Assembly: GCA_938044295.1 (NCBI GenBank) | Contig: CALIRC010000120.1 | Location: 1-35,245, forward strand | DNA length: 35,245 bases | Direction: 5' to 3' | Source: Minisyncoccota bacterium | Lineage (GTDB): Bacteria; Patescibacteriota; Minisyncoccia; Moranbacterales; GCA-2747515 | Part shown: piece after piece, positions 21,063-31,344 of the stretch | Position numbering within the stretch: the stretch's first letter is position 1 | How the letters are laid out: every line of letters begins with the position of its first letter | Position numbers and translations under genes: made by a program | Notes under the pieces: generated by a model | The model's database searches: none | Seen by the model: only the letters and a program-made list of their open reading frames with translations | Told to the model about the DNA's origin: nothing

Positions 21063-24014
21063 ATGAAATTCACAGACAAAAAACGCAAAAAGGCAATCGA
21101 ATACGAAAAAGCATGGGCAGCAAAATGGAAAGAAGAAAAAACCTTTGAAAGATCCATAAATAATAGACCAGCAGAGGAATCGTACATATTCTATGATGGT
21201 CCACCATTTATCACTGGATCACCACATGCTGGAACACTCATTAGCTCAACAGTAAAAGATGCAGTGCCTCGGTTCTGGACGATGAAAGGAAAGCGCGTAG
21301 AAAGACGTTGGGGCTGGGATTGCCATGGACTCCCTGCGGAAACATTTACAGAGAAAAAACTAGGTCTTAATGGTAAAGATGATGTCCTTGCTTATGGTCT
21401 CGAGAAATATGTCACAGCAGCGAGAGAGAATATGGTGACCACAGGAGATGCATGGGAAGACACAGTAGATCGTATAGGTCGCTGGGTTGATTTCAAAGAT
21501 GCCTACAAAACAATGGACAAAAAATACATGGAGAGTATTTGGTGGGCATTCAAGGAGCTGTATGACAAAGAGAAGATTTACGAAGGAGAAAAAGTACTCA
21601 TGTATTGCCCTCAAGATGCAACACCTCTGAGCAAAAACGAAGTGACAATGGACAAGGGTGCATACAAAGACGTAACTGATCCGTCAGTCTATGTGAAATT
21701 TAAACTGAAAGACGAGGATAAGTATCTTCTCGCATGGACTACAACACCTTGGACACTTCTCTCAAATACTGCAGTAGCGGTTCATGATGATATTGATTAT
21801 GTCGAAGTAGAGGTGGGCGGAGACACCCTCATACTTGCAAAAGATTTGATCCAGAAAGTACTTATTGATGAAAAGAATAAGTCACTAGATTACGAGGAAA
21901 AAAAACAATACAAAGGAAAGGATCTTGTCGGAAAAGAGTATGAGCCTCTCTTTATAAATCGTGGAAAAAATGCACATAAAGTATGGGCAGCAGATTACGT
22001 TGGAACCGAGGAAGGAACTGGCATTGTCCATCTCGCACCAGTCTATGGAGAAGAGGACTACGAGCTAGCTCTTAAGAAAGGGTTTCCGGTAATACACACT
22101 ATAGATGAAACTGGGCATTTCACCGAGGGACCGTGGAAGGGTGAATATTTGTGGGATGTAAATAAACAGATTGCCAAGGATATGGCAAGGTATTCCACAA
22201 AGACTCTGATGGGGGATTATGCAGACATGTCTGTGCAGGAAAGGATTGCCTTTCATGGTATGACTGAGACAGAACCTGATGCCACAATTTTCAAGATAAG
22301 TTACATCAAGCATAGTTACCCACATTGCCATCGATGTGACACTAAGCTCATGTATCGTGCTCACCCGAGTTGGTTTATGGATGTCAAAGGTCAAAAAGAA
22401 ACAATGTTCAGTGAAAATGAGAATATAAATTGGTTTCCAGAACATATCAAACATGGCCGATTTCAAAAAACAATTGAGACTGCACCCGACTGGAATCTTT
22501 CCCGCGATCGATTTTGGGCAACACCATTTCCAGTGTGGGAGGGGGAGGATGAGGAAGGACAGATCAAAAGAATTGTTGTAGGGTCATATGCTGAACTTAC
22601 AGAGCTCTCAGGCAAAGAATTAGACGACTATCACCGACCTTGGGTTGATAATATCACCTTCGAAAAAGATGGTGTGAAATATAAACGCATCGACAAAGTA
22701 CTTGATTGTTGGTTTGAATCAGGATCGATGCCGTTTGCACAGTTTCACTATCCTTTTGAAAACAAAGAAAAATTTGAAAAGAATTTTCCAGGCGATTTTA
22801 TCGTAGAATATGTAGGACAAGTGCGAGCATGGTTTTACTATATGCACACAGTGAGTGTTGCACTTTTTGGCGTTAAATCATTTAAAAATGTAATCGTAAC
22901 AGGTAACGTCATGGGCGATGATGGTTATAAACTTTCCAAATCACGAGGAAATTTCACTGACCCAAATGAAGTGATGGATAAATACAGTGCAGATGCATAC
23001 CGTTTTGTGATGCTATCATCTAACCTACTCAATGGAGAGGACTATGCGCTCCATGATAAAAATATCCATGATGTTCAGCGCAAACTGAGCATGATCTGGA
23101 ATATGTATGATTTTTTTGTAATGTACGCTTCCGTTGACGGATGGGAGTCACCAGAAAAAGTCAAAGACCCTACCGAAGATTGTGATAATATTCTAGACCG
23201 TTGGATCTTGAGTCGTCTTCATGAGACAGTGCAGGAAGTTGATAAGAATATGCAAAGATATGATATTCCAAATGCAACACGCCCACTTCTCGATCTCCTT
23301 GATGATGCATCAAATTGGTATGTCCGACGTTCGCGTAAACGATTTTGGAAAAGTGAAAGTGATACTGACAAAAATCAAGCATATTGCACTCTGCACTATG
23401 TTCTCGTCCAAATTTCCAAGATGTTTGCTCCATTCACACCTTTCCTTGCGGAGGAGCTGTATGTTCGTCTGACAGGTGAAGAATCAGTCCACTTGACTGA
23501 TTGGAGTGTACCAGGAAAAATTGATAAAAGTGTATTAAAAAACATGAAAGTTGCTCGCAATGTTATCAACGAAGGACTTGCTTTTCGTGCAAAACATAAA
23601 ATCAAAGTGCGTCAACCACTTCAGACAGTTTACGTGGGAGCTCATATTGATGAAGAGTATCAAGAAATAGTTAAAGATGAGCTAAATGTGAAGGATTACA
23701 AGATTGATAATCACAAAGGATTCACGACATCTCTGGACTTGAACATCTCACCTATTCTAAAGTTGGAGGGTCAGGCGCGTGAGATCATCCGCATAATTCA
23801 GCAAGGTCGTAAAAAAGCAGGACTTGATGTAGATGATCGCATCAAACTTGTGCATAGTGGAATGGAAGAGGTTTTCACGGAGTATAGAGATTTAATCATG
23901 CACGAAGTACTTGCGACAGATGCAGCATGTGGGGATACTAAAATCGCACAATATAGTGCTACGACTGAGATTGAAAGTGAAATTTTTACTTTTGGTTTGA
24001 CAAAAAGCTCGTGA
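21063..24014 (+). CDS. ileS: isoleucine--tRNA ligase (type 2 / eukaryote-like form)
   Basis: 983 aa. HIGH-region variant PPFITGSPHAGTL, KMSKS variant KLSKSRGN, editing CP1 insertion, and WNLSRDRFWATPFPVW. No C-terminal CxxC zinc-finger pairs. Confidence 0.95.
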   Translation: MKFTDKKRKKAIEYEKAWAAKWKEEKTFERSINNRPAEESYIFYDGPPFITGSPHAGTLISSTVKDAVPRFWTMKGKRVERRWGWDCHGLPAETFTEKKLGLNGKDDVLAYGLEKYVTAARENMVTTGDAWEDTVDRIGRWVDFKDAYKTMDKKYMESIWWAFKELYDKEKIYEGEKVLMYCPQDATPLSKNEVTMDKGAYKDVTDPSVYVKFKLKDEDKYLLAWTTTPWTLLSNTAVAVHDDIDYVEVEVGGDTLILAKDLIQKVLIDEKNKSLDYEEKKQYKGKDLVGKEYEPLFINRGKNAHKVWAADYVGTEEGTGIVHLAPVYGEEDYELALKKGFPVIHTIDETGHFTEGPWKGEYLWDVNKQIAKDMARYSTKTLMGDYADMSVQERIAFHGMTETEPDATIFKISYIKHSYPHCHRCDTKLMYRAHPSWFMDVKGQKETMFSENENINWFPEHIKHGRFQKTIETAPDWNLSRDRFWATPFPVWEGEDEEGQIKRIVVGSYAELTELSGKELDDYHRPWVDNITFEKDGVKYKRIDKVLDCWFESGSMPFAQFHYPFENKEKFEKNFPGDFIVEYVGQVRAWFYYMHTVSVALFGVKSFKNVIVTGNVMGDDGYKLSKSRGNFTDPNEVMDKYSADAYRFVMLSSNLLNGEDYALHDKNIHDVQRKLSMIWNMYDFFVMYASVDGWESPEKVKDPTEDCDNILDRWILSRLHETVQEVDKNMQRYDIPNATRPLLDLLDDASNWYVRRSRKRFWKSESDTDKNQAYCTLHYVLVQISKMFAPFTPFLAEELYVRLTGEESVHLTDWSVPGKIDKSVLKNMKVARNVINEGLAFRAKHKIKVRQPLQTVYVGAHIDEEYQEIVKDELNVKDYKIDNHKGFTTSLDLNISPILKLEGQAREIIRIIQQGRKKAGLDVDDRIKLVHSGMEEVFTEYRDLIMHEVLATDAACGDTKIAQYSATTEIESEIFTFGLTKSS

Positions 24015-24721
24015 AAGAAAACTATCTCGCAATTGCACTCGGAAAAAAAGATGTTGGCGAATCAGATCGTCAATACGTATTCTATACACGCGAAGAAGGG
24101 TTACTTTATGTAAGAGCCAGAGGTGTGAGAAAAGTGGGAGCCAAACTCGCATCTCATATTGAGGATTTCATGCTCACGCAGATCATCATTGCAAAAAACT
24201 TCGGCCCTGGCACTCTCGCTGGAGCATCAGCAGAAAATACATTTAGAGAAATAAGAATGGATTATGATGCTATGTGTGTACTAAGTCATACAAGAAATCT
24301 TTTCATAAAGCTAATACAAACGAAACACAAAGACCAAAAAATTTTCGATCTGTTTAAGAGATATTTAGAAGTCTGTACAGAAAATCTAAGCAAAGAAAAA
24401 ACAGCAATTTTTGAGCAGTATTTCTTTTTAAAGCTATACGAGATACTGGGGTATCGCTTTCCACTAGCGAGGTGTAGAATATGTGAAAAAAAATTAGAGC
24501 AAGAAAGAAACTTCTTGTGTCCAGAGCAAGGGGGAGTACTGTGCAGTTCTTGTGCTCGCACAGAAAATTACATCATCGCTATGGACATAAATACGCTCAA
24601 ATTACTGCGGCTCGTACCGCATAACAATCTTAATCAATTGACAAAAGTGGAAGTGTCACCAATCATGCAAAGGCAAATGCAGTCAGTTGTAAGACAAACC
24701 GCACAATGGATTATGCGATAG
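24011..24721 (+). CDS. recO: DNA repair protein RecO
   Basis: 236 aa. The GTG start overlaps the ileS stop (GTGA at 24011-24014). N-terminal OB-fold pattern AIALGKKDVGESDRQYVFYTREEGLLYVRARGVRK, and a zinc motif CRICEKK...CSSCAR. Confidence 0.85.
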   Translation: MKENYLAIALGKKDVGESDRQYVFYTREEGLLYVRARGVRKVGAKLASHIEDFMLTQIIIAKNFGPGTLAGASAENTFREIRMDYDAMCVLSHTRNLFIKLIQTKHKDQKIFDLFKRYLEVCTENLSKEKTAIFEQYFFLKLYEILGYRFPLARCRICEKKLEQERNFLCPEQGGVLCSSCARTENYIIAMDINTLKLLRLVPHNNLNQLTKVEVSPIMQRQMQSVVRQTAQWIMR

Positions 24722-24786
24722 AATACAAGAAGTCAAAGTACAATATCGAAATGAGTCTAAAAACATGCACCAGAAAATCAAGAGCA

Positions 24787-24795
24787 TGATATAAT
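24787..24795 (+). promoter_or_regulatory. candidate extended -10 promoter (TGaTATAAT), implying a very short leader
   Basis: Perfect TGnTATAAT ends 18 nt before the ATG at 24814. The predicted transcript has a leader of only about 12 nt. Confidence 0.45.
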
Positions 24796-24813
24796 AATGG
24801 AAAATGAGAAAAT

Positions 24814-26664
24814 ATGGCACTCAAAAAACTCCGAGATAATCTCCAAAAAAAACACTCAGAAGCAGCGAAGCGTGGACATAGTAAGACCGCTTACGACCAG
24901 TGGAGTTCCACAGGTGAAAAAGAGCAAAAACAGTCTGAACAATGGCAGTCAGCAGAAGACTCTCTCAAATCAAAAAAGAAGAAAGCAGCCATTTGGGGTG
25001 CTTTAACAGTATGCGCAGTACTTTTACTTTCGCTCGGGTTATACTTCTTTGTGCAACACCAAAGAAGCTATTTTCAAGCAGGAAAAGTATCGTTTGTGAT
25101 ATCGAGCATTAGCGAGGTAGAAAGCAATCAACCATTAGAGATCTCATTTTCCTATACAAATGATACAAGAGCAACACTTACAGATGCTCGAATACAGCTA
25201 CAGTTTGATGAATATTTTTTGCCAGAGGAATCAGCAGAAATGCAGATTGCCGATAAAAGTACCGGTGTCGTATCGATTGGAGATATACCCCCAATGAGTA
25301 GTGGGGAGACAAAGATTACAGGACGATTTATTGCTCCGCAAAACGAAGTTGAGGTGCTAGCAGGAACATTGCACCACGGCGTAAGCAAAAAGTCTGATAC
25401 GTACGAACACAAAGAGAGTGTCGCGGTCACAATCACTTCCTCACCACTTGTCGTAGATATTCTTGCACAAGAAAGGGTGATTGATGGAAATGACATTGAG
25501 CTAAGCATAGCTTATAGAAATAAGGGTACAGATGCTTTATCTGATCTTGGACTAGAGATGACCTTTCCAGAAGACTTCTCATTCATAGGAGCAACGCCCG
25601 CTCCACATACTGCAGATAAATCAAAGTGGGTAATCGGTGAGCTTGCACCAAATGAAAAAGGTGTGATTATTGTGCGAGGCATACTACGCGGAGATGAGGT
25701 TGATGTGAAAAATTTTGGAGTACAGATGACCAGAGGAAAAGCACATAATCGACTCGGATATGCTTTTGACGAACACAGTATTAAGATCACCCAAGGACCA
25801 CTTGTAATCACACAAAAAATTTCAAAAGAAAATAGATTGCTAGAAGCTGGAGAAAGTGCGCAATACTCAATCCAACTAAAAAACACATCAGATGTTCCTA
25901 TGCGAAACATTATTTTACGGGCATTGATTGATGGGGGTGATCTGGTAGAATACGAAAATCTCCTTGTAAGTGGAAATGGGTTTTATGATGCTAAAACCAA
26001 GACAATCGAGTGGAAAGCAGTCAATATACCAGAGCTTGCAAATCTAAATCCAGGAGAGTCAGCGCTAGCAGGATTTAGCATTCCCTTAAAAGAGTTCATC
26101 CCAATAAAGAATGGTAATGATAAGGATTTCGTTGTAAAATCTCTTGTAACAGCAGAATCACCAGATTTTCCTAGTATTATCCAAGAAAACAAAGATGTCC
26201 TCAGTAATACGTTGGTATCAAAAGTAAGCTCAAAAATCCTTCATGAGCAATCAGTCGAAGTGCTCTCAGGACCATTGCCACTAAAAGTTGGAGAACCAAC
26301 GCGAATGCGAGTCACACTTGGCATAGGTAGTGTAAACAACCAAATGACTGAAGTAAGCATGTTAGGCAGTGTTTCTACAGGTGTACGAATTACGAGAATA
26401 CAAGGTGAGGACAATGCTATGACATACAATGAACGCACAAATCAATTTGCATGGAATGTGGGAAAAGTACATAATGCAACAGGTGTGCTTACACCATTGC
26501 ATACTCTAACATTTGATATTGAAGTAATACCAAGTCTCAATAGTCAAACAGATAATTACCGCCTCCTAGAAAACCTATCCTTAAGAGCGCGAGATCAATT
26601 CACCGGAGAAAGAATTGAAAAAGCATTACCGCAAATTTATACTGAGAGTATAGACAGAAAATAG
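24814..26664 (+). CDS. membrane-anchored extracytoplasmic protein with several beta-sandwich (CARDB/DUF11-like) repeats
   Basis: 616 aa. Basic cytoplasmic N-terminus, a TM helix (AAIWGALTVCAVLLLSLGLYFFV), then repeated segments such as LEISFSYTNDTRATLTDARIQLQF, IELSIAYRNKGTDALSDLGLEMTFPEDFSF and AQYSIQLKNTSDVPMRNIILRA. The family assignment is inference. Confidence 0.75.
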   Translation: MALKKLRDNLQKKHSEAAKRGHSKTAYDQWSSTGEKEQKQSEQWQSAEDSLKSKKKKAAIWGALTVCAVLLLSLGLYFFVQHQRSYFQAGKVSFVISSISEVESNQPLEISFSYTNDTRATLTDARIQLQFDEYFLPEESAEMQIADKSTGVVSIGDIPPMSSGETKITGRFIAPQNEVEVLAGTLHHGVSKKSDTYEHKESVAVTITSSPLVVDILAQERVIDGNDIELSIAYRNKGTDALSDLGLEMTFPEDFSFIGATPAPHTADKSKWVIGELAPNEKGVIIVRGILRGDEVDVKNFGVQMTRGKAHNRLGYAFDEHSIKITQGPLVITQKISKENRLLEAGESAQYSIQLKNTSDVPMRNIILRALIDGGDLVEYENLLVSGNGFYDAKTKTIEWKAVNIPELANLNPGESALAGFSIPLKEFIPIKNGNDKDFVVKSLVTAESPDFPSIIQENKDVLSNTLVSKVSSKILHEQSVEVLSGPLPLKVGEPTRMRVTLGIGSVNNQMTEVSMLGSVSTGVRITRIQGEDNAMTYNERTNQFAWNVGKVHNATGVLTPLHTLTFDIEVIPSLNSQTDNYRLLENLSLRARDQFTGERIEKALPQIYTESIDRK

Positions 26665-26672
26665 AAAACATC

Positions 26673-27797
26673 ATGAAGATTTTTAGCAAAGAGATTACCG
26701 CGAAAAATTTACGACGTGGAAAAATTCATACTAGAAAAGGTGTTCTTAAAACACCTTTTTTTATGCCAGATGCAACGCGCGCAAGTGTAAGGGGTCTCAC
26801 AAGAAATGAATTAGAAAACGTGGGCATATATCCAATGGTAGTAAATACCTATCACTTGATGCTACAACCAGGAGCGTTATTTTTGGAAGGCGTTGGAGGT
26901 GTGCACACATTTATGAATTGGAGCGGACCACTTCTGTCAGATAGCGGGGGTTATCAAGTGTATTCTCTTATACACAAGAATCCAAAGCTAGGAAAGATAA
27001 CTGAAAAAGGTGCATATTTCAGGAGTGTAATTGATGGATCAAAGCATTTTCTAACACCACAAAAAGCTATACAAATCCAATTTGCATTAGGAACCGACAT
27101 GATGGTAGTGTTGGATGACCCAAGGCCACCACTAGTATCACGTAACGAGCATCAAGGAGCCGTAGAAAGGACAGTGCGGTGGGCGGCACAGTGCAAGGAA
27201 GAATTTTTATCGCAATGCAAGAAAAGACAACTCACTGAACAAACAAGGCCGCTGCTGTTTGCAGTTGTGCAAGGAGGGCCACACGAAGACCTCAGAAGAG
27301 AATGTGCAAAAGAACTCACTAAGATTGGTTTTGATGGATATGGATTCGGTGGTCGACATATTGACGAAGAAGGTAAGTTGATGCGTAAGATTATGGAAGA
27401 AACAGCACAAGCAATCCCTGAGGATGCACCACGGTTTGCGCTAGGCATCGGAACACCCAAAGACATTGTAGAGTGCTATGATAGCGGCTGGGACATGTTT
27501 GACTGTGTCATCCCGACACGTGAAGGAAGGCATGGAAGAATTTTCATCTGGGAACCAGATGCTCATGATATAATGAGGCAGGATTTTTACAACACAATCA
27601 ATATCACGAACAAGAAATTTGAAACTGACCTTACGCCACTTGATAGGAGTTGCGAATGCTATGCATGTAAAAATTACTCTCGTGCATATTTAAGACACCT
27701 TTTTCGCGTTGGGGAACCACTAGGTCCACAGATGGCGTCTCTCCACAACCTACAGTTTTATACAAATTTAATGCACAAGCTCCAAAAATATGAATAA
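26673..27797 (+). CDS. tgt: queuine tRNA-ribosyltransferase (tRNA-guanine transglycosylase)
   Basis: 374 aa. Motifs: FFMPDATRASVRG, LLSDSGGYQV, FAVVQGG, GFGGRH, LGIGTP, and the zinc site CECYACKNYSRAYLRHL. Confidence 0.92.
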   Translation: MKIFSKEITAKNLRRGKIHTRKGVLKTPFFMPDATRASVRGLTRNELENVGIYPMVVNTYHLMLQPGALFLEGVGGVHTFMNWSGPLLSDSGGYQVYSLIHKNPKLGKITEKGAYFRSVIDGSKHFLTPQKAIQIQFALGTDMMVVLDDPRPPLVSRNEHQGAVERTVRWAAQCKEEFLSQCKKRQLTEQTRPLLFAVVQGGPHEDLRRECAKELTKIGFDGYGFGGRHIDEEGKLMRKIMEETAQAIPEDAPRFALGIGTPKDIVECYDSGWDMFDCVIPTREGRHGRIFIWEPDAHDIMRQDFYNTINITNKKFETDLTPLDRSCECYACKNYSRAYLRHLFRVGEPLGPQMASLHNLQFYTNLMHKLQKYE

Positions 27798-28530
27798 AGT
27801 AATCCCCATTTTTGCTCAGAAATCAGGAGTTTCTGCAGTATTGTCATTATCATCTGCCGGTAATATGAAATTACGAGATTCTGATGAGGATTCTGCAACA
27901 ATTAAAAATCAAAAAACATTTTTAAGTGACACCGGCATCGATTATGAAGATTTTGTCTACGCGCATGTAGCGCATGGCGAGGAAGTGGCAGTAATTGACA
28001 AAAATTCACCTCGGGAGTTGCGATCTGTAGATGCACTTATAACACGCACGAAAGGAGTATTTGTTGGAGTAACAGTAGCTGATTGTTTTCCGGTGTATTT
28101 CTATGATTTGCATGCTCGTGTTTGCGGTGTAGCGCATGCAGGGTGGCGCGGTACTGTAAAAGGAATTATCCCACATACGGTTGAAAAAATGGTGGAGATT
28201 GGCGCAAAGAAAGAAAATATCTTCGTAGAATTTGGTCCTGGAATTTCCCAGGCAAACTTTGAATTCCATTATGCTGAAATGATTAAAGAGTTTGGACCAT
28301 ATTCGCAAGATCGCTATATAGATGCCGGAAGTAGTCTCGACAAAATCACAATTGACCTTCAAGCTATTCTCAGTGATCAGTTGGAAAAGATTGACGTCCC
28401 ACTCAAAAATATTCAGTACTGTAAAGAATGTACATTTGCAGATGAAAAATTTTTCTCCGCTAGGAGGCATCACGGAGATTCACACGATGCAATGCTTGCA
28501 GTAATCGGGATGAAAGATACATCTAGATGA
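27790..28530 (+). CDS. pgeF: YfiH/PgeF family (DUF152) purine nucleoside phosphorylase / peptidoglycan editing factor
   Basis: 246 aa. Overlaps the tgt stop by 8 nt. Motifs: VGVTVADCFPVYFYD and GVAHAGWRGTVKGI, with C-terminal CTFADEKFFSARR. Confidence 0.85.
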   Translation: MNKVIPIFAQKSGVSAVLSLSSAGNMKLRDSDEDSATIKNQKTFLSDTGIDYEDFVYAHVAHGEEVAVIDKNSPRELRSVDALITRTKGVFVGVTVADCFPVYFYDLHARVCGVAHAGWRGTVKGIIPHTVEKMVEIGAKKENIFVEFGPGISQANFEFHYAEMIKEFGPYSQDRYIDAGSSLDKITIDLQAILSDQLEKIDVPLKNIQYCKECTFADEKFFSARRHHGDSHDAMLAVIGMKDTSR

Positions 28531-28572
28531 TAAAAATGCATCATCGTATTTCTGAAACCATTGGAAAATTTC

Positions 28573-28601
28573 TTGTAATAAAACACATGAAACGCTATAG
28601 T
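28573..28601 (+). promoter_or_regulatory. candidate sigma-70-type promoter for glyQS (-35 TTGTAA, 17 bp, -10 TATAGT)
   Basis: TTGTAA at 28573-28578 and TATAGT at 28596-28601, in the 145-bp spacer before glyQS. Confidence 0.4.
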
Positions 28602-28675
28602 GGGGATACTAAGAGAGAAAAAAAGAAGGTTAAATTTTATAACAGAAAGAGGAATAATCAGATATACGAGAAAAT

Positions 28676-30085
28676 ATGGCAAAAGAGTCTATAAAGATGG
28701 ATGAGCTAGTTGCTTTTACCAAAAGGCGGGGATTTATTTTTCCATCTAGTGAAATTTACGGAGGTTTCGCTGCCGTGTATGACTACGGACCTTATGGTGT
28801 AGAGCTCGCGAAAAACATCCGCGAAACATGGTGGAAAGCAATGGTACAGAATCATCCAGATATTGTAGGACTTGATAGTAGTATCTTCATGTCACCAAAA
28901 GTGTGGGAAGCGTCCGGTCATGTAGGAGGATTCAGCGATCCGATGGCAGAGTGTAAGCAGTGTCATACACGATCGCGCGCAGACCATCTTCTTGAAGAAA
29001 TCGACATTTTTGCTGATGAGAAGATGAGTGATGAGGAGGTGGGCGGTCTTTTACGAGATTACTCTCAGAAAATTACATGTCCGAAGTGTGGACAGAAGGA
29101 TTTCGCTGATGTGAAAAGCTTCAACCTTCTTGTAAAATCAAATCTTGGAAGTTTCACTGATGATGGTAATGATCCAGTCTATCTGCGCGGAGAGACCTGT
29201 CAGGGTATCTATGTAAATTTTAAGAATATTCTGGATACAGCACGTGTAAAAGTGCCATTTGGCATTGCACAGATCGGAAAGGCATTTCGCAACGAGATCA
29301 CAGCGAGACAATTCATCTTTCGCAAGAGAGAATTTGAACAAATGGAAATGCAGTACTTTGTGCATCCTGACGATGTAACTAAGACATACGAAGATTGGCG
29401 ACAAAAACGTTGGGATTACTATACAAATGACCTTGGGCTCAGGGAGGAAAATCTTCAGTGGCACAAACACGAAAATCTTGTATTCTACTGCAAAAACGCA
29501 TGGGATATCGAGTATCGCTTCCCATTTGGCTTTAAAGAGCTAGAGGGTATACATAACAGAGGAGACTATGATCTTTCGGTGCATACAGAGCACTCAGGGG
29601 TAAAGCTAAGTTATAGGGATCCAAAGACAAATGAGCAGTACACACCCCACATTGTCGAGACATCAGTTGGCGTCGATCGAACTTTTCTCGCAATACTGAC
29701 CGATGCATATACCATAGAAAAATTTAAAAAAACTGATCCAGGAGGAAAAATTTCGGAAGAATCGCGCACAGTATTGAAGCTCCCCAGGAAGTTAGCTCCG
29801 GTCAAAATTGCAATTTTCCCACTCCTCAGAAACAAATCTGATCTGGTGAAAAAAGCAAAGAAAGTTTTTGCCATGCTTGCTGAGGACTACAATTGTGAGT
29901 TTGATGACAATGGCAATGTAGGTAAGCGTTATAGGAGGCAGGATGAAATAGGCACACCATATTGTGTAACAGTAGATTTCGACACATTAGAAGATAACAC
30001 AGTGACTATTAGAGATCGAGATACGATGAAACAGCGCAGACTCAGTATCGATGCATTAAATCAGTACTTCAGTAAAAATTTATAG
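28676..30085 (+). CDS. glyQS: glycine--tRNA ligase (alpha2 homodimeric type)
   Basis: 469 aa. Motifs: RRGFIFPSSEIYGGFAAVYDYGPYGVELAKNI, FRNEITARQFIFRKREFEQME (class II motif 2), and the C-terminal anticodon-binding domain KRYRRQDEIGTPYCVTVD. Confidence 0.95.
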   Translation: MAKESIKMDELVAFTKRRGFIFPSSEIYGGFAAVYDYGPYGVELAKNIRETWWKAMVQNHPDIVGLDSSIFMSPKVWEASGHVGGFSDPMAECKQCHTRSRADHLLEEIDIFADEKMSDEEVGGLLRDYSQKITCPKCGQKDFADVKSFNLLVKSNLGSFTDDGNDPVYLRGETCQGIYVNFKNILDTARVKVPFGIAQIGKAFRNEITARQFIFRKREFEQMEMQYFVHPDDVTKTYEDWRQKRWDYYTNDLGLREENLQWHKHENLVFYCKNAWDIEYRFPFGFKELEGIHNRGDYDLSVHTEHSGVKLSYRDPKTNEQYTPHIVETSVGVDRTFLAILTDAYTIEKFKKTDPGGKISEESRTVLKLPRKLAPVKIAIFPLLRNKSDLVKKAKKVFAMLAEDYNCEFDDNGNVGKRYRRQDEIGTPYCVTVDFDTLEDNTVTIRDRDTMKQRRLSIDALNQYFSKNL

Positions 30086-30102
30086 AACGTGAACACAAGA
30101 AT

Positions 30103-31344
30103 ATGATTACAAAAAAAGTGCAAGACTATACACCGTCAGAAAACGTATTGAAAAAGTACGCAAAAGTTCTCGTACGGTTTGCCCTAAATAGTGGCAAAGG
30201 TATAAAAAAAGGAGATGTCGTCTACTTAACTGGTACAGAAGTAACTAAGCCACTTTTTTTCGCTGTGCGAAACGAGATTATGCTAGCAGGAGGTCATGTC
30301 ATCAGCAATTTCATACCAAATGATGAGAAAGGATACAACTTCTCGCGTGAATTTTATGATATTGCAAGTAAGAATCAGTTAGAATTTTTTCCTAAAAAGT
30401 ACATGAAAGGTATCATTGATACAATCGATCATTCTATATATCTAATAGCAGATGTGAATAAAGAGGCACTCAAAGGTGTCGACCCAAAGAAAATTATGCT
30501 AAAGGGAAAATCCATGAAACCTTTCATGGATTGGCGTCAGAAAAAAGAACTACAAGGAACATTTTCCTGGACGCTCTGTCTCTATGGAACAAAAGAATCC
30601 GCAGAGGTAGTGGGGCTCACACCAAAACAATACTGGAATCAAATTATCAAGGCTTGTTATCTCGATGAGAAGGATCCTGTAGGAAAATGGAAGCAATTAT
30701 ATCGTGATTTAGAAAAATACCGCACAGCATTAAATAAAATCACGCAGAAAACACTCAAATTTCATGTCTCTGGAGAAGATGCAGATCTGTGGATTACCCC
30801 GGGAGAAAAACGGCAATGGCTGTGCGGGCGAGGGGCTAACATCCCAAGTTTCGAGATTTTCACGTCGCCTGACTGGCGAGGCACGGAAGGTTGGATATAC
30901 TTCAATCACCCACTCTACAGATACGGGAATATCATGGAGGGGATTAAACTGACGTTTAAAGGTGGACGTGTTACAAAGAGTAGCGCAAAAAAAGGTGAGA
31001 GTATTATACGAGAAATGATCACCACAAAAAACGCCGATAAAGTCGGGGAGTTCTCTCTGACAGATAAACGATTCTCACGCATCACAAAACCGATGGGGGA
31101 GACGCTTTTTGATGAAAACATGGGAGGTCCACAAGGAAATACACATCTAGCGCTTGGCATGGCATACAGGGATACATTTTCTGGTGATGTTTCAAAGCTC
31201 ACAGATAGACAATCTGAGAAACTTGGCTTCAATGATTCCGCAGTCCACACTGACATCATCTCAACAACTAAAAGAACAGTGACTGCACATCTCAAAGATG
31301 GATCAGAAGTAGTGATTTACAAAAATGGCATGTTCGTCCTATAG
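30103..31344 (+). CDS. aminopeptidase, M29 family (AmpS/PepS/aminopeptidase T-like)
   Basis: 413 aa. LKKYAKVLVRFALNSGKGIKKGDVVYL at the N-terminus, NIPSFEIFTSP, FDENMGGPQGNTHLALG, and HTDII near the C-terminus. All are typical of M29 metallo-aminopeptidases. Confidence 0.88.
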   Translation: MITKKVQDYTPSENVLKKYAKVLVRFALNSGKGIKKGDVVYLTGTEVTKPLFFAVRNEIMLAGGHVISNFIPNDEKGYNFSREFYDIASKNQLEFFPKKYMKGIIDTIDHSIYLIADVNKEALKGVDPKKIMLKGKSMKPFMDWRQKKELQGTFSWTLCLYGTKESAEVVGLTPKQYWNQIIKACYLDEKDPVGKWKQLYRDLEKYRTALNKITQKTLKFHVSGEDADLWITPGEKRQWLCGRGANIPSFEIFTSPDWRGTEGWIYFNHPLYRYGNIMEGIKLTFKGGRVTKSSAKKGESIIREMITTKNADKVGEFSLTDKRFSRITKPMGETLFDENMGGPQGNTHLALGMAYRDTFSGDVSKLTDRQSEKLGFNDSAVHTDIISTTKRTVTAHLKDGSEVVIYKNGMFVL

